Part shown: in pieces, positions 1 through 9,608 of the stretch
Position numbering within the stretch: the first letter of the stretch is position 1
Layout: each line of letters begins with the position of its first letter
NCBI GenBank assembly: GCA_035717985.1
Contig: DASTHW010000005.1
Coordinates: forward strand, 28,989 to 92,988
DNA length: 64,000 nucleotides
Source of the DNA: Candidatus Saccharimonadales bacterium
Lineage (GTDB): Bacteria; Patescibacteriota; Saccharimonadia; Saccharimonadales; UBA10212
Direction of reading: 5' to 3'
Notes under the pieces: model-generated
Seen by the model: the letters and a program-made list of their open reading frames with translations, nothing else
Databases searched by the model: none
Told to the model about the DNA's origin: nothing
Position numbers and translations under genes: made by a program

Positions 1-1116
1 GCCGTCAATTACCGGTGTCAGCGGCATGTAATTGGTAATGCTCTGAAGCCAATCCGGCATCAAAAAGCGCGGGAAGAATACGCCGGTCAAAAACATCATC
101 GGAAAGACGATAATATTACCCAGCGGAGCGGCCTGTCGCTCATTGCGAGCCCAGCCGCCCAGAGCCAAACCAATCCCCAGTATCATAATGATTCCATAGG
201 CCAAAAAGAGTGCTAGCTCACCGTAATTGCCGATGACCTTCAAATGAAATACGGCGATAGCGGCAATAAACATCACAGCAATGCTCATTAGCCCGGTAAC
301 GGCATTACCCAGCATATTAGCCAGAAAATATTGCCAAACCCGCAAAGGCGTAGTGTGAAGCCGACGCAAAATGCCCATCTTTTTAAGCTCGGGAAAAACG
401 TTCATCGGCCCAAAGATACCAGCGCCTAAAATGGCAAAGCCCAGCAGGCCCGTAAAGGTATAATCAAACGGCCGAAGAGAGTGCTCGTTGGTTTGCCGGC
501 CGGTCACACTAAACGGCGACGGAGCTTTAATAAACCTAGTATTAAGATCTGAAAACTGTGAGTTTAAAACTGAGATTAAGGTGGTAGCCGCTGATTGATT
601 ATTTTGGGTGTAATGAACAATGGCTTGGCCGGAAGGGTACTTTTGGCCTGGCTTGACCTGCCCAAAAGCCGGCGGTAGTTCAATGGTGGCATCAATCTCG
701 CCGCGGCCCATCTTCTCATTAGCTTGGCTGAAATTGGTCACTGTTTTATCAACCTTGAATGTTTTCTGATTTGAACTTTCGGCATTAGCCACGAACTGGT
801 TAGCAATTGGCGAACTACTCTCATTAATAATCGCTACCTTAAAAGAGAGGTGCGAGTTATTGCCGTTTAAAGCACCAAATACAAATAAGAAAATCAGCGG
901 GAATAAAAAGGTAAAAAATAGGGCCAGCCGGTCCCGAAATAGCCGCCACAGATTTATGGTAAAGAATACCCAAACGGTGTATAGCCGCTTTTGCCAGGGG
1001 GTCATCGGCTTTAGTGGCCGGGCTGGGCGGCTTTTATTTTTTGCTGGCCAAAGCCCAAACCGGTAAGCCAGCCGAAAGACAATTAGTGCAATGATGACTA
1101 TCCACAGCCACTTCAT
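1..1116 (-). CDS. ABC-2-type transporter permease (3' end beyond window edge)
   Basis: Reverse-strand frame is open from ATG at 1116 to position 1 (372 codons, MKWLWIVIIALIVF...) with several hydrophobic segments. ATGA start/stop overlap with the upstream ATPase gene. Absent from the ORF track because it has no in-window stop. Confidence 0.7.
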   Translation of the reverse strand, partial: MKWLWIVIIALIVFRLAYRFGLWPAKNKSRPARPLKPMTPWQKRLYTVWVFFTINLWRLFRDRLALFFTFLFPLIFLFVFGALNGNNSHLSFKVAIINESSSPIANQFVANAESSNQKTFKVDKTVTNFSQANEKMGRGEIDATIELPPAFGQVKPGQKYPSGQAIVHYTQNNQSAATTLISVLNSQFSDLNTRFIKAPSPFSVTGRQTNEHSLRPFDYTFTGLLGFAILGAGIFGPMNVFPELKKMGILRRLHTTPLRVWQYFLANMLGNAVTGLMSIAVMFIAAIAVFHLKVIGNYGELALFLAYGIIMILGIGLALGGWARNERQAAPLGNIIVFPMMFLTGVFFPRFLMPDWLQSITNYMPLTPVIDG

Positions 1117-1889
1117 GCGCCGACCCCGGCTTCCCTATGCAGTTCCTTGCCGGTCATATCTATAAAGACATCCTCCAAATTGGCCTGCTCGACGTGCTGG
1201 GCCTTTTTAAAACCTCTTTTCAGGAGGTCCTTAATCAGCTTTTGCGGGGTGTCTAGGGCAATGATTTTGCCCTGGTCCATGATGGCTACGCGGTCGCACA
1301 GGATTTCGGCCTCGTCCATGTAGTGAGTGGTTATGATGACACTGATGCCGCGGTCGCGGACTTCTTGGACCAGCTTCCAAAGGTTACGCCGGGCGCCGGG
1401 GTCCAGGCCGGTAGTCGGCTCATCCAAAAAGAAAACCTTAGGGTTATGAACCAGTGCCGCTACGATAGAAAAACGCTGTTTTTGGCCGCCGGATAACTGC
1501 TCGACATAGCTATCGCCCTTATCACCAAGGTTTACGTCCTCTAAAAACTTTTTGGGATCCACCCGCTCGCCGTAGGCCGAAGCGAACATCTGGATGAGTT
1601 CGGTCAGCTTGGTCTTATCCTGAAAACCGGGCGCCTGCGGCTGGACGCCAATCATGCCCCGGATTTTGTATGGTTCACGGGCTACATCCACGCCGTCGAT
1701 AAAGGCCCGGCCACCGTCAATTTCGCGCAAAGTCTCAATCATTTCCAGCGTGGTGGTCTTGCCGGCCCCGTTAGGCCCTAAAATGCCGAAGATCTCACCC
1801 TTTTTGACTTCAAAACTAATACCGCGGACAGCCTTTTTATCACCATAAGATTTTTGCAGGTTTTCAACCTTAAGAATTACCTCGGACAT
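1113..1889 (-). CDS. ABC transporter ATP-binding protein
   Basis: Walker A GPNGAGKTT, signature LSGGQKQR, Walker B FFLDEPTTGLD. Likely start is MSEVILK (ATG at 1889); the track ORF extension to 1931 runs into a terminator hairpin. Confidence 0.9.
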   Translation of the reverse strand: MSEVILKVENLQKSYGDKKAVRGISFEVKKGEIFGILGPNGAGKTTTLEMIETLREIDGGRAFIDGVDVAREPYKIRGMIGVQPQAPGFQDKTKLTELIQMFASAYGERVDPKKFLEDVNLGDKGDSYVEQLSGGQKQRFSIVAALVHNPKVFFLDEPTTGLDPGARRNLWKLVQEVRDRGISVIITTHYMDEAEILCDRVAIMDQGKIIALDTPQKLIKDLLKRGFKKAQHVEQANLEDVFIDMTGKELHREAGVGA

Positions 1890-1924
1890 GACATTAATAT
1901 TAACCGGCTGGCTGGCTAAAAAGC

Positions 1925-1953
1925 AAAACACCCGCTTTCTGGGCGGGTGTTTT
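1925..1953 (-). terminator. Rho-independent-type hairpin downstream of the 65-aa gene
   Basis: AAAACACCCGC-tttctgg-GCGGGTGTTTT: perfect 11-bp stem flanked by A/T runs. Confidence 0.5.
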
Positions 1954-1973
1954 GTCGGTTTGTGATATCTATT

Positions 1974-2171
1974 TTATTTGCGCTTTAGGGTCAAGAAACC
2001 GTTGCGTGGGTTCTCATTGACGACGCGGTCGTCAGGTAGATCAACGCCAGTGTCAGGACGCTCGTCCTTACTAAAGTAGTAAATTGTCTGTGTTTTGCCG
2101 CCGCGAAGGGTAACCTTCTTGGAGTTCAAGTAATATGTAACGCCTTTGCTGTTAGTGTGCTTATAAGCCAT
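1974..2171 (-). CDS. small hypothetical protein (65 aa, basic)
   Basis: ORF MAYKHTNSKGVTYYLNSKKVTLRGG..., followed by a terminator hairpin. No function recognised. Confidence 0.5.
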   Translation of the reverse strand: MAYKHTNSKGVTYYLNSKKVTLRGGKTQTIYYFSKDERPDTGVDLPDDRVVNENPRNGFLTLKRK

Positions 2172-2418
2172 TACTCTTTTCCCTCTCCGTTAAATTAGTA
2201 TGGTACCCCTAAAATAACCTTATCTATTCACCGATGTCAACAGGTATTTAGTACAACGCCCCCTGGTGCGGACATAACATTGGCTTAGGCGATACCCCTG
2301 ATAAGGTCTTTTGCCGTAGCTTTTAAAAATTACTTTAGCAATTGCTTGCACGCCAAAGTGCTTATGCGTTAATATGTTGGGGTAATTCTTAAAAGTAATC
2401 CAAAAGGTGGTATAAATC

Positions 2419-3069
2419 ATGGAATTTATGTCCCGTAGCAGACGCTCTGCTGCCGCCGGTGGCGCACCGGCACATCATCCGCGCCAAGAAGATTGGGGAG
2501 CCAGAACCGTCCGGTTTGAACTCTTCATAGTAATAGTGGGGGCGGCTCTTTTGCTGGCGGCCGTAGCCCTATACGTCGCTCTTGGCGGCGGCTCCTCTAA
2601 CGAGTCCGGCCAAATCCAAAAGAATAAGTACCAGGCCGTCTTTCTAAACGGCGGCGCGACCAGCGGCTCAGTGGCCTACACAACTTACTTCGGTCACATC
2701 ACATCTCTAAACAGCCGGTACTTCATCCTTAAAGACGTCTATTACCTAACGACCAACCAAACCAGCTCTAACGGCCAGGTTAACCCGCAGTTGACGAAGC
2801 TCGGCTGTCAGCAGTTACACTCACCGTATGACGAGATGGTCATTAACCGCAGTCAGGTAGCTTTCTGGGAAAACTTACAGGACAGCGGTAAAGTGGTTCA
2901 GGCTATCAAACAGTTCCAACAGCAGAACCCCAATGGTCCTAACTGTAACGCCTCGGCGTCCAGCAGTAGCTCTAGCACCAACGCACCTAGCTCGGCTGGC
3001 ACTTCCGGCACCACCACCCAAAACGCCGGTAACGCTAGCACTAACAACTCAAATACTAGCGGCCACTAA
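2419..3069 (+). CDS. hypothetical membrane-anchored protein with Ser/Thr/Asn-rich C-terminus
   Basis: ORF with one hydrophobic segment (FELFIVIVGAALLLAAVALYVAL) and a low-complexity SSSSSSTNAPSSAGTSGTTT tail. AAGGTGG lies upstream of the ATG. Confidence 0.5.
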   Translation: MEFMSRSRRSAAAGGAPAHHPRQEDWGARTVRFELFIVIVGAALLLAAVALYVALGGGSSNESGQIQKNKYQAVFLNGGATSGSVAYTTYFGHITSLNSRYFILKDVYYLTTNQTSSNGQVNPQLTKLGCQQLHSPYDEMVINRSQVAFWENLQDSGKVVQAIKQFQQQNPNGPNCNASASSSSSSTNAPSSAGTSGTTTQNAGNASTNNSNTSGH

Positions 3070-3092
3070 AATCTAAGAGCAAAGGGTCAAAT

Positions 3093-3123
3093 AAAATAAC
3101 CCCTCTAGGCGAGGGGTTATTTT
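3093..3123. terminator. bidirectional hairpin between convergent genes
   Basis: AAAATAACCCCTC-taggc-GAGGGGTTATTTT: perfect 13-bp stem with A/T runs on both sides. Confidence 0.55.
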
Positions 3124-3746
3124 AATGGGCTGAACCTTGGAAGTTTAAGGCTTGTAAACTTACTAAGAATAAAAGTAATTACAGTGGCTAGACCGGCTAT
3201 AATGGCTACCACTAAGCTCCAGCCGGCTAGATCGGGGCTCCAAGATGGGCTCTGAAAGTCAAATTCGTATAAACCGGCCGGCACTTGGGCTGGCGGCTGG
3301 CCGCCGTGGCTGGTGATATAGCTAGTAACGCAGGGAATTCGGCCGGCGCCGTAAAAGGAGACACTGCCTGGTACCACCTTTTGGCAGTAATCTTCAGCCG
3401 TGGTATAAAGACCGGCATTGCCAGCTTTAGCTTGAGCCGCGGTTTCTAGCCGCTGATAAGTGTAGGCAAGCTGGATGGGCGGCTTGATATTACTGCCGGC
3501 CGATAAATTTGTGTTCATATGGCCGTAGACGTAGGTCCGCAGGTTATTAAGAGCGGCGTTAACATTGCCGCCGTTTTTATCGGCCGTGTAAACCGCCTCT
3601 CGCAATTTGACCATTTGCGAGTTGTTATGGCGTAGTGCCACCAGACAAATGACCCCGCTAACAATGAAGGCAACCAAGAAAGGGAAGTAGGCCTGGCGGG
3701 AGAGCTTTCTCAGCCACTCGCTAAAGTTAAAAATGAATTTATCCAT
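3117..3746 (-). CDS. hypothetical membrane protein (N- and C-terminal TM segments)
   Basis: ORF of 209 aa with hydrophobic segments near both ends. No family recognised. Confidence 0.5.
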   Translation of the reverse strand: MDKFIFNFSEWLRKLSRQAYFPFLVAFIVSGVICLVALRHNNSQMVKLREAVYTADKNGGNVNAALNNLRTYVYGHMNTNLSAGSNIKPPIQLAYTYQRLETAAQAKAGNAGLYTTAEDYCQKVVPGSVSFYGAGRIPCVTSYITSHGGQPPAQVPAGLYEFDFQSPSWSPDLAGWSLVVAIIAGLATVITFILSKFTSLKLPRFSPLK

Positions 3747-3824
3747 CAGTTAGTATGTTGGCACGCTAAAGCATATCCGTCAAAGCCGTTTGCAGGTTAG
3801 CTAACCGTATAGTTAACTTGGTTT

Positions 3825-5123
3825 ATGCATATTTATTTTTCCGGTATTGGCGGTGCCGGCATTGGCCCGTTGGCACTGATTGCTAAACAGGCCGGCTACG
3901 ATGTCAGCGGCTCGGATGCGCATGATAGCAGTTATATAGATTACCTGAAGAAAAAGGGCATCAGCGATATTCATATCGGTCAAACTGAAGCTGGTATCGC
4001 CCAAGTTCAGGCTAATATGCCAATTGATTGGTTTGTTTATAGCTCGGCCCTGCCTAAAACCAATCCTAATCACCCGGAACTGCTTTTCTGCCGCAAGCGG
4101 GGTATTAAAGCCACCAAGCGCGACGAATTTTTAAACCAAATCTTAGCTGATAAGGACCTAAAGCTGATAGCGGTTGCCGGAACTCATGGCAAAACCACCA
4201 CCACGGCCATGGTTGTATGGCTGTTTAAGCAAATGGGCCGGCCGGTTAGTTATTCAGTAGGTGCTAAAACTTCTTTTTCTGACATGGGGGCCTATGAGGC
4301 GGACAGTGAGTATTTTGTTTACGAAGCCGATGAATATGACCGTAATTTTCTTAGCTTTAAGCCACGATTGAGTCTGATTACCGGTATCGATTGGGATCAC
4401 CCCGATATTTACCCCAGCCGCGACGATTATTACCAGGCCTTTCGCGATTTCATTAATCAGAGTCAGCATACTTTTATCTGGCGGGCTGACGCTCAGAAGT
4501 TGGGCCTGTCCGAAGGTCAAAATGTCACTTTGATTGATGACAATGACCCGGCTATTGCCACAATCCGCTTAGCCGGCGACGTAAACCGGCGCGACGGCTG
4601 GCTGGCCAGTCAAATAGGTTCAGAAGTTGGCCAGCCGGCAGGGGATTTAGCGAAATTTGTTAGCACCTTTCCAGGCCTGTCTCGGCGGTTTGAGCAAATC
4701 GCGCCGAATGTTTACAGCGATTATGCCCACACGCCGCCTAAGATCCGCGGCGCCCTGCAGTTAGCCAAAGAGGTCGCCGGCGACAGAGTAGTGATTATCT
4801 ACGAAGGTCTGCATAACACCCGCCAGCACTTTATTAAAGATGAGCTGGCAAATTTATTTGATGAGGTCAAACAGCTTTATATTGTGCCCAGCTATCTAGC
4901 CCGCGAAGATGAAAGCCTAGAGTTACTGATACCGGAAAAATTACTTGACTTGTTAAGTAATCAGTCTAAGCGGCATGCTGAGGCCGCCCAGCTGGATGAT
5001 AATTTGGCTAAAGTGATTCGTCAGCACGCCAATGCCGGCAATTTGGTGCTTTGCCTATCAGCCGGCGGCGCCGGCTCGCTGGATGAATGGCTCCGCCGGC
5101 AGTTTTCTAACTTAAAGGCCTAA
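3825..5123 (+). CDS. murC: Mur ligase family, UDP-N-acetylmuramate--L-alanine ligase-like
   Basis: N-terminal MHIYFSGIGGAGIGPLALIAKQAGYDVSGSD and P-loop GTHGKTTTTAM are typical of MurC/Mpl. Confidence 0.75.
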   Translation: MHIYFSGIGGAGIGPLALIAKQAGYDVSGSDAHDSSYIDYLKKKGISDIHIGQTEAGIAQVQANMPIDWFVYSSALPKTNPNHPELLFCRKRGIKATKRDEFLNQILADKDLKLIAVAGTHGKTTTTAMVVWLFKQMGRPVSYSVGAKTSFSDMGAYEADSEYFVYEADEYDRNFLSFKPRLSLITGIDWDHPDIYPSRDDYYQAFRDFINQSQHTFIWRADAQKLGLSEGQNVTLIDDNDPAIATIRLAGDVNRRDGWLASQIGSEVGQPAGDLAKFVSTFPGLSRRFEQIAPNVYSDYAHTPPKIRGALQLAKEVAGDRVVIIYEGLHNTRQHFIKDELANLFDEVKQLYIVPSYLAREDESLELLIPEKLLDLLSNQSKRHAEAAQLDDNLAKVIRQHANAGNLVLCLSAGGAGSLDEWLRRQFSNLKA

Positions 5124-5933
5124 GTTTTGATTACTCAGGGCCTGAGAGTCAAAATCTTGAGAGTCGTTTAGAGAATTTAGCTTAGACTGTAAGCCGTTGG
5201 CATAATCATCTAAATCAGACGGCCTAACCAGTGTGCCGCCAGCTTGCTGAATGGCGTCGCTAGATGAAGACGAAGTGCCAACCTTGCCCGGCTGGTAAGA
5301 CGCCGTGTGGTGCGGGTTTCGATAAGCAAGAACCGCTAGGGCAATAAGCGCCAAGACGACTATGGCAGTAACCGCCAGTACGCCAACCGGCCGGGGCCCT
5401 TTAAATAAGCCCATAAGACTAGCTATAGAAAATTTTAGCTTTGGTTTTGGCAGAGCCGATTTACTTTTGTCTTGAACCTGCGGGATTTTAACTTTAGTAT
5501 TAACGGCCTGGAGAATTTTATCTAAATCATCCTCTTCTGTCTGTGAATGCGTAACAGCCGCCGGCGCCGGCATAAAAGGGTTGGCTGGAGCCGGGCCAGG
5601 TTGGCCGGGGGCGTGAACAGGGATGTCTTGAACGATCTGAGGGATGATGGGCTCTGGCCCGGAAGTGTCGGCGGCCGCTTGAGCTGGTGCCGGCGCGGCC
5701 GGATGAGCCTGAGCAGGGGCTGGCTGGGGAGTGGCCGCCGGCTCATGGGCGGCCGCTTGCGGCTGAGCTACTTGGGGCGAGGTTATCGGAGATAAAGGTG
5801 GGGCTGGGGCGGGCTGGTGAGTAGCCGGCTGGCTGACCGGTTGTGGTTGAGGGATTGAGGCCGGCGGAACTGGAGCCGGCGCGGCCGGTCTAGGCTGATT
5901 ATCATTCGGGGCTAGATTAACTTGGGGTGCCAT
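5112..5933 (-). CDS. Pro/Ala/Gln-rich membrane-anchored hypothetical protein
   Basis: 273-aa ORF with a long PAPAP/QPQP low-complexity N-half and one TM segment (VGVLAVTAIVVLALIALAVLA). Confidence 0.5.
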   Translation of the reverse strand: MAPQVNLAPNDNQPRPAAPAPVPPASIPQPQPVSQPATHQPAPAPPLSPITSPQVAQPQAAAHEPAATPQPAPAQAHPAAPAPAQAAADTSGPEPIIPQIVQDIPVHAPGQPGPAPANPFMPAPAAVTHSQTEEDDLDKILQAVNTKVKIPQVQDKSKSALPKPKLKFSIASLMGLFKGPRPVGVLAVTAIVVLALIALAVLAYRNPHHTASYQPGKVGTSSSSSDAIQQAGGTLVRPSDLDDYANGLQSKLNSLNDSQDFDSQALSNQNLGL

Positions 5934-6590
5934 TTACGGGTTAGCCTTTGTCTTTACGCCATTTTTAGTTATCAGTAGTTGCCGCTCTGTGGACAGGGCC
6001 TTAACCAGTGACGTCTGATCTTTTTTGATGGCGGAGGCGTCTACTCCCAGTTGAGTCCGCCACTTGCGGGCGTCTAAGACGCTGGCCATAAAGCCAATCG
6101 GATCGCTTTTACAGTCAATGGTAATCGAATCGTCAATGGCCGCTTTGTAGTTCTCGGCGTCGTTCATGTAGGTGTTAACTAGGCCGGTAAACTGGTTCTC
6201 GGCGGCCAGCAAGCTGGTGGCGTCCACGCCTTGTGCTGAAAGATTATCAACCAAAAAGGACAGCCTGGTCACCAGACTGCTATAGGTCTGAACCCGGTCG
6301 GCCTCGTCTTTGGTATCTTTACTGCGCACATCAGTTATGGCCGATTGAGCCAGCACGCATTTGCCGGCTAAATTGACGCTATTAATGCCGGCTAGCTGGG
6401 TTCTATAAGTGTTTTTACGGCTGACTAGCCTTTGGTCGATAGTGGTGGTACCTTCCAAACTGGTAGGGGTTATCGGCGAAGATAAAACCGGGTTTAGGCT
6501 GTCGGCATAGACCGCGCCGGCGCCAATCACCAAAATACATAAAAAGCTAGTGATGGTTAGCAAGTGGTTTTTGGCTGGCCAATGTTTCAT
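5934..6590 (-). CDS. secreted/membrane-anchored hypothetical protein
   Basis: 218-aa ORF with a signal-like N-terminus (LLTITSFLCILVIGAGAVYA). Its stop directly abuts the start codon of the next gene downstream (5112..5933). Confidence 0.5.
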   Translation of the reverse strand: MKHWPAKNHLLTITSFLCILVIGAGAVYADSLNPVLSSPITPTSLEGTTTIDQRLVSRKNTYRTQLAGINSVNLAGKCVLAQSAITDVRSKDTKDEADRVQTYSSLVTRLSFLVDNLSAQGVDATSLLAAENQFTGLVNTYMNDAENYKAAIDDSITIDCKSDPIGFMASVLDARKWRTQLGVDASAIKKDQTSLVKALSTERQLLITKNGVKTKANP

Positions 6591-6690
6591 TTTAGAGCGA
6601 TTTTCCCCTGTTATTGTAGCATAGCTTAAGCACTTTTTAGCTTTGCCGATTTGCCGCTTGCTAGCCTTAGTCTGCTTTAATTAAGGCAGT

Positions 6691-7338
6691 ATGAGCTTTG
6701 AAGATAAACTGCGCCAGGCTGAAAAATATCTAGCCCGGCGAGATAAAAAGCTGGCACCGGTGATTATGGCTAGCGGCCCCTGCCGGATTGCACCGCATCG
6801 TGACCATTACGGCGAGCTGGTCGGCAGTATTGTCGGCCAGCAGTTGTCGGCTAAAGCCGGCGCCGTGATTTGGCAAAGAGTGCTAGATCTATTTGGCGGC
6901 AAAATGCCCTCGCCGCAGAAGTTGATTGAAATGGACGCCGACAAAATTCGGGCGGCCGGCGTTAGCCGGCCCAAGATTGCCTACATGAAGGACTTGGCCC
7001 AGCACATAATTGATAAACGTCTGGACTTAGACCATATCGCCACTATGCCCAATGATCAACTGATAGAGCAATTGACGGCCGTCAAGGGAATTGGCGCTTG
7101 GAGCGCACACATGTTTATGCTGTTTGGTTTGGGGCGACTGGATATTTTGCCGGTCGGCGACCTAGGTATTAGAAAAGCAATAAGCAGTTTATACGGCTTT
7201 AAAGACTTGCCAACGCCAGAACAGATTATAACGGTAGCCAGCGCCAACAGCTGGCATCCATATGAGTCAGTAGCCAGCTGGTATCTTTGGCAAAGTCTGG
7301 ATAACAGCCCCGCCAAAAAAACCAGACATAACGTCTAA
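6691..7338 (+). CDS. HhH-GPD DNA glycosylase (3-methyladenine glycosylase II-like)
   Basis: Helix-hairpin-helix region LTAVKGIGAWSAHMFMLFGLGRLDILPVGDLGIRKA is typical of the AlkA/HhH-GPD family. Confidence 0.75.
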   Translation: MSFEDKLRQAEKYLARRDKKLAPVIMASGPCRIAPHRDHYGELVGSIVGQQLSAKAGAVIWQRVLDLFGGKMPSPQKLIEMDADKIRAAGVSRPKIAYMKDLAQHIIDKRLDLDHIATMPNDQLIEQLTAVKGIGAWSAHMFMLFGLGRLDILPVGDLGIRKAISSLYGFKDLPTPEQIITVASANSWHPYESVASWYLWQSLDNSPAKKTRHNV

Positions 7339-7482
7339 ATTAAAGCGCGCCAGGGGCGCTAGCGAACCTGTTTTAAACAGGTGCGCGCCCGTGGCGCGGT
7401 GGACGGAAGGAGCCTGCTTTCACTCACTTCCGTCCCGCTTCCTCTGGCTACCCGTGACCCGTGAGACCCTTTCTGCGGGGCT

Positions 7483-7812
7483 CTAGAAACCCGGCCAGCG
7501 GCCCGAACTTCTGAACACCACCGGCTGACCCGGCCTCGGCCTGAACCGGCGGGTCATCGGGAAACGGCTTGACTCGTCGCCCTTGACGATGGCCAAGCCC
7601 ATCAGGACGCCGATGACGGCCACTGCTCCACCGGCCGTCTCGGTCAACGGAGTGATCTGGATGATGCCCCACGTAATCCGGCCTACGTCTGTGGGGTTGG
7701 CCTTGAATCCGCCGACTGCGTCCTGCACCCCGTCCATCAGGACGATGATGCCGACGTAAGCGCCTGCGGCCAAGCCGGCCAGCGCGACCAGAATCCCTGA
7801 CAGGATTCTCAT
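7483..7812 (-). CDS. small two-TM membrane protein encoded in a GC-rich segment
   Basis: MRILSGILVALAGLAAGAYVGIIVLMDG... with AAAGGAG 8 nt upstream of the ATG at 7812. G/C-ending codons dominate this frame. The last ~30 codons are Arg/Pro-rich and an alternative frame (7448..7672) is also open, so the 3' end is uncertain. Confidence 0.45.
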   Translation of the reverse strand: MRILSGILVALAGLAAGAYVGIIVLMDGVQDAVGGFKANPTDVGRITWGIIQITPLTETAGGAVAVIGVLMGLAIVKGDESSRFPMTRRFRPRPGQPVVFRSSGRWPGF

Positions 7813-8009
7813 GAGGGTACTCCTTTCGGTTCGGGAAGAGTGAAGAACTAACCTCGGTCCAGCACCTAGAACTGGCTTTATAAAGATGTAAGCAAAGCTA
7901 GCTTTAGGCACTGACCCGAAATTTCAGGGTAACTATACAATAAAACTTAAGTATTATCAATCAGATAAACATTCTAAAAGCCAAAAGCGGTCTTTATACT
8001 AAATGGGAG

Positions 8010-9608
8010 ATGAATAAATGGCTTAACCGGGCAAACAGCCGCCTGACGCTGACTTCTGCCGCCGCTCTTTTAATCTCCGCTTCACTGGTCGGCCAATTGT
8101 TGGGCTTTATCCGAACCCAGGTTATAAATGGTAATTTTAACCGCCCCGGCCACATAACCACCGACGCTTATTTTGCAGCCTTTAAGATACCCGACTTCTT
8201 CTTTTACACCATTGCCGCCGGTGCGCTGGGCGTGGCTTTCATGCCGTTTTTGGCTGACAAACTGCACAAGGGCGACCGTAAATCTATCTGGAAATTAACC
8301 TCCGGCCTGCTTAACCTGCTGGGTCTGCTAATGGCCGGCGTCGGCGTGGTTATATTTATATTTGCTGAGCCGCTAGTCCATATCGTAGTAGGCCATCACA
8401 TGAGTCCGGCTCAAACGCACGATGCCGTTTTAATAATGCGAATTATCGCCTTTAACCCGCTTTTGTTTACGATTTCCGGCATTTTGACGGCGCTTCAGCA
8501 GACCTTTGGCCGCTTCTTTTTCTATGGACTGGCGCCGCTACTTTATAACGGCTGTATCATTGCCAGCGTTTATATTTTTAGAGACAACCTGGGCATTGTC
8601 GGCCTTGGCATTGGCGCTCTGGCCGGTGCCGTACTCCAGCTAATACTGGTCAGCCTGGGGCTGTGGGGGATGAAATTCAGATATGTGCCGACCTTTAGCT
8701 GGAACAGCGATGACTTTAGGCGGATTTTAAAACAACTGCCGCCGCGCTCTGTCGACCAAGGCATCGACTCGATTAACTCGATAGTTGAGACTAACCGGGC
8801 CAGCGCCCTGGGCCAAGGCAATATTACTTTTTATGAAAACGCCTATACTCTGCATCTGGTGCCAATATTGCTGATTGGTACCACCATTGCTACGGCCGCC
8901 TTCCCGCGGCTTAACGACCGTTTAAGCCAAAACCGGCCGGATTTATTCAGGAAAGACTTTTTGATGGTCCTGCGGGCCATGATTTGGATAATTTTACCGA
9001 TTGCAGTCATCGCTTTTTTTGCCCGAGGCTATCTAGCCCGCTTAATTTATAAAAACATTGCTCCAGAAATTGCTTTGATTTTGGGCTTTTTGGTCGGCGC
9101 CATTTTCTTCCGCACGCTTTATGCCATTATTTCGCGCTACTTTTATGCCCAGAAAGATACTAAAACACCGCTGTTTGTGTCGATTTTTGCTATCGCCCTG
9201 AACGTTTATTTAGCTTTTACCATGGCCCGGCCTCAAGCCGCCGGCGGTTTTGGCGTAGCCGGGCTGGCTATTGCCCAATCTATAGTGGCGGCCGTAGAAG
9301 TATTTATTTTGGTTTTAATTATGCTGTGGCGCGATCACAAACTGTTTAACGCCAATTTTTGGAGCGGCATTGTCCGTACCCTCTCGGTTACCGGCTTTAC
9401 TATCCTGACAACCTATACCATGGTGACGCTCCTGCCGTTGTCGGTGTCCGATAAAGGCTTTAGTACACTGGGGGCAAAGTTACTCAGTATTATCTTACCG
9501 ACGCTGATAGTGCATGTGGGCGTGTCGGCTTTGTTTGGAATTGAAGAGGTTCAGCCGGTACTCGATAAGCTGAAGAAAGTTGTTTTAAAGCCCGTCAATA
9601 TACAATGA
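8010..9608 (+). CDS. murJ: lipid II flippase MurJ/MviN
   Basis: 532-aa polytopic membrane ORF. The N-terminus LVGQLLGFIRTQVI...DAYFAAFKIPDFFF is typical of MurJ. Confidence 0.85.
   Translation: MNKWLNRANSRLTLTSAAALLISASLVGQLLGFIRTQVINGNFNRPGHITTDAYFAAFKIPDFFFYTIAAGALGVAFMPFLADKLHKGDRKSIWKLTSGLLNLLGLLMAGVGVVIFIFAEPLVHIVVGHHMSPAQTHDAVLIMRIIAFNPLLFTISGILTALQQTFGRFFFYGLAPLLYNGCIIASVYIFRDNLGIVGLGIGALAGAVLQLILVSLGLWGMKFRYVPTFSWNSDDFRRILKQLPPRSVDQGIDSINSIVETNRASALGQGNITFYENAYTLHLVPILLIGTTIATAAFPRLNDRLSQNRPDLFRKDFLMVLRAMIWIILPIAVIAFFARGYLARLIYKNIAPEIALILGFLVGAIFFRTLYAIISRYFYAQKDTKTPLFVSIFAIALNVYLAFTMARPQAAGGFGVAGLAIAQSIVAAVEVFILVLIMLWRDHKLFNANFWSGIVRTLSVTGFTILTTYTMVTLLPLSVSDKGFSTLGAKLLSIILPTLIVHVGVSALFGIEEVQPVLDKLKKVVLKPVNIQ

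Noticed and set aside
860-1066. 68-aa plus-strand ORF at the window start.
   Set aside because: It lies antisense within the ABC permease frame, which stays open for 372 codons. Its composition is basic and low-complexity.
2220-2420. 66-aa minus-strand ORF in the divergent promoter region.
   Set aside because: It has no SD and an odd composition. It occupies the intergenic promoter/RBS region of the 2419 gene.
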